A stretch of DNA of 64,000 nt, taken from contig CAXKVF010000082.1 in assembly GCA_964057225.1 (NCBI GenBank), positions 309,411 to 373,410 of the forward strand, read 5' to 3'. The DNA is from Auanema rhodensis (taxonomy: Eukaryota > Animalia > Nematoda). A program made the position numbers and the translations under genes. The notes below the pieces were generated by a model. The model did not search any database and was not told the DNA's origin. It was given only the letters and a program-made list of their open reading frames with translations. Below are positions 55,441 to 64,000 of this stretch, piece by piece; the stretch's first letter is position 1; each line of letters opens with the position of its first letter.

Positions 55441-58400
55441 CATACCAAGTGCACATCACGTGTACATTTAATTAGCATAAATTAAAGTTCACGTAAGTTT
55501 CAAAGTCATGGTTACCATGAACCAATATCAATAAAAATTTGTTTTTAGACTAATATGGACATGGGGAATCTAATTTTGAGAACCGCATCTCTTTATCTTT
55601 CACGTGAAGCGAGTTACATACCAAGTGCACATCACGTGTACATTTAATTAGCATAAATTAAAGTTCACGTAAAATTCAAAGTCATGGTTACCATGCACCA
55701 ATATCAATAAAAATTTGTTTTTAGACTAATATGGACATGGGGAATCTAATTTTGAAAACCGCATCTCTTTATCTTTCACGTGAAGCGAGTTACATACCAA
55801 GTGCACATCACGTGTACATTTAATTAGCATAAATTAAAGTTCACGTAAATTTCAAAGTCATGGTTACCATGAACCAATATCAATAAAAATTTGTTTTTAG
55901 ACTAATATGGACATGGGGAATCTAATTTTGAAAACCGCATCTCTTTATCTTTCACGTGAAGCGAGTTACATACCAAGTGCACATCACGTGTACATTTAAT
56001 TAGCATAAATTAAAGTTCACGTAAATTTCAAAGTCATGGTTACCATGAACCAATATCAATAAAAATTTGTTTTTAGACTAATATGGACATGGGGAATCTA
56101 ATTTTGAAAACCGCATCTCTTTATCTTTCACGTGAAGCGAGTTACATACCAAGTGCACATCACGTGTACATTTAATTAGCATAAATTAAAGTTCACGTAA
56201 ATTTCAAAGTCATGGTTACCATGAAGCAATATCAATAAAAATTTGTTTTTAGACTAATATGGACATGGGGAATCTAATTTTGAAAACCGCATCTCTTTAT
56301 CTTTCACGTGAAGCGAGTTACATACCAAGTGCACATCACGTGTACATTTAATTAGCATAAATTAAAGTTCACGTAAGTTTCAAAGTCATGGTTACCATGA
56401 ACCAATATCAATAAAAATTTGTTTTTAGACTAATATGGACATGGGGAATCTAATTTTGAGAACCGCATCTCTTTATCTTTCACGTGAAGCGAGTTACATA
56501 CCAAGTGCACATCACGTGTACATTTAATTAGCATAAATTAAAGTTCACGTAAAATTCAAAGTCATGGTTACCATGCACCAATATCAATAAAAATTTGTTT
56601 TTAGACTAATATGGACATGGGGAATCTAATTTTGAAAACCGCATCTCTTTATCTTTCACGTGAAGCGAGTTACATACCAAGTGCACATCACGTGTACATT
56701 TAATTAGCATAAATTAAAGTTCACGTAAATTTCAAAGTCATGGTTACCATGAACCAATATCAATAAAAATTTGTTTTTAGACTAATATGGACATGGGGAA
56801 TCTAATTTTGAAAACCGAATCTCTTTATCTTTCACGTGAAGCGAGTTACATACCAAGTGCACATCACGTGTACATTTAATTAGCATAAATTAAAGTTCAC
56901 GTAAATTTCAAAGTCATGGTTACCATGAACCAATATCAATAAAAATTTGTTTTTAGACTAATATGGACATGGGGAATCTAATTTTGAAAACCGCATCTCT
57001 TTATCTTTCACGTGAAGCGAGTTACATACCAAGTGCACATCACGTGTACATTTAATTAGCATAAATTAAAGTTCACGTAAATTTCAAAGTCATGGTTACC
57101 ATGAAGCAATATCAATAAAAATTTGTTTTTAGACTAATATGGACATGGGGAATCTAATTTTGAAAACCGCATCTCTTTATCTTTCACGTGAAGCGAGTTA
57201 CATACCAAGTGCACATCACGTGTACATTTAATTAGCATAAATTAAAGTTCACGTAAATTTCAAAGTCATGGTTACCATGAACCAATATCAATAAAAATTT
57301 GTTTTTAGACTAATATAGACATGGGGAATCTAATTTTGAAAACCGCATCTCTTTATCTTTCACGTGAAGCGAGTTACATACCAAGTGCACATCACGTGTA
57401 CATTTAATTAGCATAAATTAAAGTTCACGTAAATTTCAAAGTCATGGTTACCATGAACCAATATCAATAAAAATTTGTTTTTAGACTAATATGGACATGG
57501 GGAATCTAATTTTGAAAACCGCATCTCTTTATCTTTCACGTGAAGCGAGTTACATACCAAGTGCACATCACGTGTACATTTAATTAGCATAAATTAAAGT
57601 TCACGTAAATTTCAAAGTCATGGTTACCATGAAGCAATATCAATAAAAATTTGTTTTTAGACTAATATGGACATGGGGAATCTAATTTTGAAAACCGCAT
57701 CTCTTTATCTTTCACGTGAAGCGAGTTACATACCAAGTGCACATCACGTGTACATTTAATTAGCATAAATTAAAGTTCACGTAAGTTTCAAAGTCATGGT
57801 TACCATGAACCAATATCAATAAAAATTTGTTTTTAGACTAATATGGACATGGGGAATCTAATTTTGAAAACCGCATCTCTTTATCTTTCACGTGAAGCGA
57901 GTTACATACCAAGTGCACATCACGTGTACATTTAATTAGCATAAATTAAAGTTCACGTAAATTTCAAAGTCATGGTTACCATGAAGCAATATCAATAAAA
58001 ATTTGTTTTTAGACTAATATGGACATGGGGAATCTAATTTTGAAAACCGAATCTCTTTATCTTTCACGTGAAGCGAGTTACATACCAAGTGCACATCACG
58101 TGTACATTTAATTAGCATAAATTAAAGTTCACGTAAATTTCAAAGTCATGGTTACCATGAACCTATATCAATAAAAATTTGTTGTTAGACTAATATGGAC
58201 ATGGGGAATCTAATTTCGAAAACCGCATCTCTTTATCTTTCACGTGAAGCGAGTTACATACCAAGTGCACATCACGTGTACATTTAATTAGCATAAATTA
58301 AAGTTCACGTAAATTTCAAAGTCATGGTTACCATGCACCAATATCAATAAAAATTTGTTTTTAGACTAATATGGACATGGGGAATCTAATTTTGAAAACC

Positions 58401-60720
58401 GCATCTCTTTATCTTTCACGTGAAGCGAGTTACATACCAAGTGCACATCACGTGTACATTTAATTAGCATAAATTAAAGTTCACGTAAATTTCAAAGTCA
58501 TGGTTACCATGAACCAATATCAATAAAAATTTGTTTTTAGACTAATATGGACATGGGGAATCTAATTTTGAAAACCGCATCTCTTTATCTTTCACGTGAA
58601 GCGAGTTACATACCAAGTGCACATCACGTGTACATTTAATTAGCATAAATTAAAGTTCACGTAAATTTCAAAGTCATGGTTACCATGAACCAATATCAAT
58701 AAAAATTTGTTTTTAGACTAATATGGACATGGGGAGTCTAATTTTGTAAACTGCATCTCTTTATCTTTCACGTGAAGCGAGTTACATACCAAGTGCACAT
58801 CACGTGTACATTTAATTAGCATAAATTAAAGTTCACGTAAATTTCAAAGTCATGGTTACCATGAAGCAATATCAATAAAAATTTGTTTTTAGACTAATAT
58901 GGACATGGGGAATCTAATTTTGAAAACCGCATCTCTTTATCTTTCACGTGAAGCGAGTTACATACCAAGTGCACATCACGTGTACATTTAATTAGCATAA
59001 ATTAAAGTTCACGTAAGTTTCAAAGTCATGGTTACCATGAACCAATATCAATAAAAATTTGTTTTTAGACTAATATGGACATGAGGAATCTAATTTTGAA
59101 AACCGCATCTCTTTATCTTTCACGTGAAGCGAGTTACATACCAAGTGCACATCACGTGTACATTTAATTAGCATAAATTAAAGTTCACGTAAAATTCAAA
59201 GTCATGGTTACCATGCACCAATATCAATAAAAATTTGTTTTTAGACTAATATGGACATGGGGAATCTAATTTTGAAAACCGCATCTCTTTATCTTTCACG
59301 TGAAGCGAGTTACATACCAAGTGCACATCACGTGTACATTTAATTAGCATAAATTAAAGTTCACGTAAATTTCAAAGTCATGGTTACCATGAACCAATAT
59401 CAATAAAAATTTGTTTTTAGACTAATATGGACATGGGGAATCTAATTTTGAAAACCGCATCTCTTTATCTTTCACGTGAAGCGAGTTACATACCAAGTGC
59501 ACATCACGTGTACATTTAATTAGCATAAATTAAAGTTCACGTAAATTTCAAAGTCATGGTTACCATGAACCAATATCAATAAAAATTTGTTTTTAGACTA
59601 ATATGGACATGGGGAATCTAATTTTGAAAACCGCATCTCTTTATCTTTCACGTGAAGCGAGTTACATACCAAGTGCACATCACGTGTACATTTAATTAGC
59701 ATAAATTAAAGTTCACGTAAATTTCAAAGTCATGGTTACCATGAAGCAATATCAATAAAAATTTGTTTTTAGACTAATATGGACATGGGGAATCTAATTT
59801 TGAAAACCGCATCTCTTTATCTTTCACGTGAAGCGAGTTACATACCAAGTGCACATCACGTGTACATTTAATTAGCATAAATTAAAGTTCACGTAAATTT
59901 CAAAGTCATGGTTACCATGAACCAATATCAATAAAAATTTGTTTTTAGACTAATATGGACATGGGGAATCTAATTTTGAAAACCGCATCTCTTTATCTTT
60001 CACGTGAAGCGAGTTACATACCAAGTGCACATCACGTGTACATTTAATTAGCATAAATTAAAGTTCACGTAAAATTCAAAGTCATGGTTACCATGCACCA
60101 ATATCAATAAAAATTTGTTTTTAGACTAATATGGACATGGGGAATCTAATTTTGAAAACCGCATCTCTTTATCTTTCACGTGAAGCGAGTTACATACCAA
60201 GTGCACATCACGTGTACATTTAATTAGCATAAATTAAAGTTCACGTAAATTTCAAAGTCATGGTTACCATGAACCAATATCAATAAAAATTTGTTTTTAG
60301 ACTAATATGGACATGGGGAATCTAATTTTGAAAACCGCATCTCTTTATCTTTCACGTGAAGCGAGTTACATACCAAGTGCACATCACGTGTACATTTAAT
60401 TAGCATAAATTAAAGTTCACGTAAATTTCAAAGTCATGGTTACCATGAACCAATATCAATAAAAATTTGTTTTTAGACTAATATGGACATGGGGAATCTA
60501 ATTTTGAAAACCGCATCTCTTTATCTTTCACGTGAAGCGAGTTACATACCAAGTGCACATCACGTGTACATTTAATTAGCATAAATTAAAGTTCACGTAA
60601 ATTTCAAAGTCATGGTTACCATGAAGCAATATCAATAAAAATTTGTTTTTAGACTAATATAGACATGGGGAATCTAATTTTGAAAACCGCATCTCTTTAT
60701 CTTTCACGTGAAGCGAGTTA
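55441..60720. repeat. Degenerate 5-mer (880 bp) higher-order repeat region
   Basis: The pattern [A57G with or without A140G; T58A+A80C; consensus; consensus; C82G] occurs at m316-320, m321-325 and m336-340, and without A57G at m341-345. Confidence 0.7.
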
Positions 60721-61776
60721 CATACCAAGTGCACATCACGTGTACATTTAATTAGCATAAATTAAAGTTCACGTAAATTTCAAAGTCATGGTTACCATGA
60801 AGCAATATCAATAAAAATTTGTTTTTAGACTAATATGGACATGGGGAATCTAATTTTGAAAACCGCATCTCTTTATCTTTCACGTGAAGCGAGTTACATA
60901 CCAAGTGCACATCACGTGTACATTTAATTAGCATAAATTAAAGTTCACGTAAATTTCAAAGTCATGGTTACCATGAACCAATATCAATAAAAATTTGTTT
61001 TTAGACTAATATGGACATGGGGAATCTAATTTTGAAAACCGCATCTCTTTATCTTTCACGTGAAGCGAGTTACATACCAAGTGCACATCACGTGTACATT
61101 TAATTAGCATAAATTAAAGTTCACGTAAATTTCAAAGTCATGGTTACCATGAACCAATATCAATAAAAATTTGTTTTTAGACTAATATGGACATGGGGAA
61201 TCTAATTTTGAAAACCGCATCTCTTTATCTTTCACGTGAAGCGAGTTACATACCAAGTGCACATCACGTGTACATTTAATTAGCATAAATTAAAGTTCAC
61301 GTAAATTTCAAAGTCATGGTTACCATGAACCAATATCAATAAAAATTTGTTTTTAGACTAATATGGACATGGGGAATCTAATTTTGAAAACCGCATCTCT
61401 TTATCTTTCACGTGAAGCGAGTTACATACCAAGTGCACATCACGTGTACATTTAATTAGCATAAATTAAAGTTCACGTAAATTTCAAAGTCATGGTTACC
61501 ATGAAGCAATATCAATAAAAATTTGTTTTTAGACTAATATGGACATGGGGAATCTAATTTTGAAAACCGCATCTCTTTATCTTTCACGTGAAGCGAGTTA
61601 CATACCAAGTGCACATCACGTGTACATTTAATTAGCATAAATTAAAGTTCACGTAAATTTCAAAGTCATGGTTACCATGAAGCAATATCAATAAAAATTT
61701 GTTTTTAGACTAATATGGACATGGGGAATCTAATTTTGAAAACCGCATCTCTTTATCTTTCACGTGAAGCGAGTTA

Positions 61777-63712
61777 CATACCAAGTGCACATCACGTGTA
61801 CATTTAATTAGCATAAATTAAAGTTCACGTAAATTTCAAAGTCATGGTTACCATGAACCAATATCAATAAAAATTTGTTTTTAGACTAATATGGACATGG
61901 GGAATCTAATTTTGAAAACCGCATCTCTTTATCTTTCACGTGAAGCGAGTTACATACCAAGTGCACATCACGTGTACATTTAATTAGCATAAATTAAAGT
62001 TCACGTAAATTTCAAAGTCATGGTTACCATGAACCAATATCAATAAAAATTTGTTTTTAGACTAATATGGACATGGGGAATCTAATTTTGAAAACCGCAT
62101 CTCTTTATCTTTCACGTGAAGCGAGTTACATACCAAGTGCACATCACGTGTACATTTAATTAGCATAAATTAAAGTTCACGTAAATTTCAAAGTCATGGT
62201 TACCATGAACCAATATCAATAAAAATTTGTTTTTAGACTAATATGGACATGGGGAATCTAATTTTGAAAACCGCATCTCTTTATCTTTCACGTGAAGCGA
62301 GTTACATACCAAGTGCACATCACGTGTACATTTAATTAGCATAAATTAAAGTTCACGTAAATTTCAAAGTCATGGTTACCATGAACCAATATCAATAAAA
62401 ATTTGTTTTTAGACTAATATGGACATGGGGAATCTAATTTTGAAAACCGCATCTCTTTATCTTTCACGTGAAGCGAGTTACATACCAAGTGCACATCACG
62501 TGTACATTTAATTAGCATAAATTAAAGTTCACGTAAATTTCAAAGTCATGGTTACCATGAACCAATATCAATAAAAATTTGTTTTTAGACTAATATGGAC
62601 ATGGGGAATCTAATTTTGAAAACCGCATCTCTTTATCTTTCACGTGAAGCGAGTTACATACCAAGTGCACATCACGTGTACATTTAATTAGCATAAATTA
62701 AAGTTCACGTAAATTTCAAAGTCATGGTTACCATGAACCAATATCAATAAAAATTTGTTTTTAGACTAATATGGACATGGGGAATCTAATTTTGAAAACC
62801 GCATCTCTTTATCTTTCACGTGAAGCGAGTTACATACCAAGTGCACATCACGTGTACATTTAATTAGCATAAATTAAAGTTCACGTAAATTTCAAAGTCA
62901 TGGTTACCATGAACCAATATCAATAAAAATTTGTTTTTAGACTAATATGGACATGGGGAATCTAATTTTGAAAACCGCATCTCTTTATCTTTCACGTGAA
63001 GCGAGTTACATACCAAGTGCACATCACGTGTACATTTAATTAGCATAAATTAAAGTTCACGTAAATTTCAAAGTCATGGTTACCATGAACCAATATCAAT
63101 AAAAATTTGTTTTTAGACTAATATGGACATGGGGAATCTAATTTTGAAAACCGCATCTCTTTATCTTTCACGTGAAGCGAGTTACATACCAAGTGCACAT
63201 CACGTGTACATTTAATTAGCATAAATTAAAGTTCACGTAAATTTCAAAGTCATGGTTACCATGAACCAATATCAATAAAAATTTGTTTTTAGACTAATAT
63301 GGACATGGGGAATCTAATTTTGAAAACCGCATCTCTTTATCTTTCACGTGAAGCGAGTTACATACCAAGTGCACATCACGTGTACATTTAATTAGCATAA
63401 ATTAAAGTTCACGTAAATTTCAAAGTCATGGTTACCATGAACCAATATCAATAAAAATTTGTTTTTAGACTAATATGGACATGGGGAATCTAATTTTGAA
63501 AACCGCATCTCTTTATCTTTCACGTGAAGCGAGTTACATACCAAGTGCACATCACGTGTACATTTAATTAGCATAAATTAAAGTTCACGTAAATTTCAAA
63601 GTCATGGTTACCATGAACCAATATCAATAAAAATTTGTTTTTAGACTAATATGGACATGGGGAATCTAATTTTGAAAACCGCATCTCTTTATCTTTCACG
63701 TGAAGCGAGTTA
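61777..63712. repeat. Run of 11 apparently identical consensus monomers (m352-362)
   Basis: No variant seen by eye over 1936 bp. Confidence 0.8.
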
Positions 63713-64000
63713 CATACCAAGTGCACATCACGTGTACATTTAATTAGCATAAATTAAAGTTCACGTAAATTTCAAAGTCATGGTTACCATGAAGCAATAT
63801 CAATAAAAATTTGTTTTTAGACTAATATGGACATGGGGAATCTAATTTTGAAAACCGCATCTCTTTATCTTTCACGTGAAGCGAGTTACATACCAAGTGC
63901 ACATCACGTGTACATTTAATTAGCATAAATTAAAGTTCACGTAAATTTCAAAGTCATGGGTTACCATGAAGCAATATCAATAAAAATTTGTTTTTAGACT

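Larger units (their letters stand above)
1..64000. repeat. Tandem satellite DNA array, 176-bp monomer, ~363.6 copies, all in the same orientation, extends past both window edges
   Basis: CATACCAAGT recurs at 1, 177, 353 and so on. The exact 176-bp register holds throughout (e.g. 2641, 5281, 52801, 55441, 63361 are all 176k+1), apart from a -1 shift between ~53815 and 55073. The consensus has 56/176 G+C. Monomers carry 0-6 substitutions. Confidence 0.99.
1..64000. other. Candidate centromeric/pericentromeric satellite (functional assignment inferred only)
   Basis: Monomer length is nucleosome-sized, in the range of alpha satellite (171 bp), Arabidopsis CEN178 and Brassica CentBr (176 bp). The array is AT-rich, very homogeneous, has higher-order structure and carries a CENP-B-box-like motif. 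I recognise no sequence similarity to those named families. Confidence 0.5.

Noticed and set aside
1-64000. CRISPR array (regular period, palindromic segments)
   Set aside because: There are no unique spacers, the whole 176 bp is repeated, and there are no cas genes or leader.
1-64000. Mitochondrial control-region tandem repeats (TACAT and ACGT motifs)
   Set aside because: The motifs are short and expected by chance, there are no mitochondrial genes, and a 64-kb-plus array fits nuclear satellite much better.
1-64000. Embedded transposon, inversion or non-satellite insert
   Set aside because: The 176-bp register and orientation are maintained end to end, leaving no room for an insert, and I saw no foreign sequence.

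Overview
The whole 64 kb window is one uninterrupted, head-to-tail tandem satellite array. It has about 363.6 copies of a 176-bp, ~32% GC monomer. Consensus, phased at position 1: CATACCAAGTGCACATCACGTGTACATTTAATTAGCATAAATTAAAGTTCACGTAAATTTCAAAGTCATGGTTACCATGAACCAATATCAATAAAAATTTGTTTTTAGACTAATATGGACATGGGGAATCTAATTTTGAAAACCGCATCTCTTTATCTTTCACGTGAAGCGAGTTA. Monomer n (mN) starts at 176(n-1)+1, and variants are named by position in this consensus. Copies differ from the consensus by 0-6 substitutions. I saw only three 1-bp indels, no inversions, no insertions of foreign DNA and no array boundary. I found no credible genes, RNA genes, transposons or CRISPR array. The single supplied ORF is created by one stop-codon-removing SNP. 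The structure resembles a eukaryotic centromeric or pericentromeric satellite, but I cannot assign the organism or family. The interesting content is at two scales. Inside the monomer there is a CENP-B-box-like 17-mer, three TCACGT cores spaced 32-33 bp apart, and dense dyad symmetry, including a variant that becomes a perfect 16-bp palindrome. Across the array, SNP haplotypes reveal nested higher-order duplications (2-, 3-, 5-, 6-, 9-, 10- and ~33-mers), recombinant monomers and four variant zones. Variant calls and counts were made by eye and should be confirmed by alignment.
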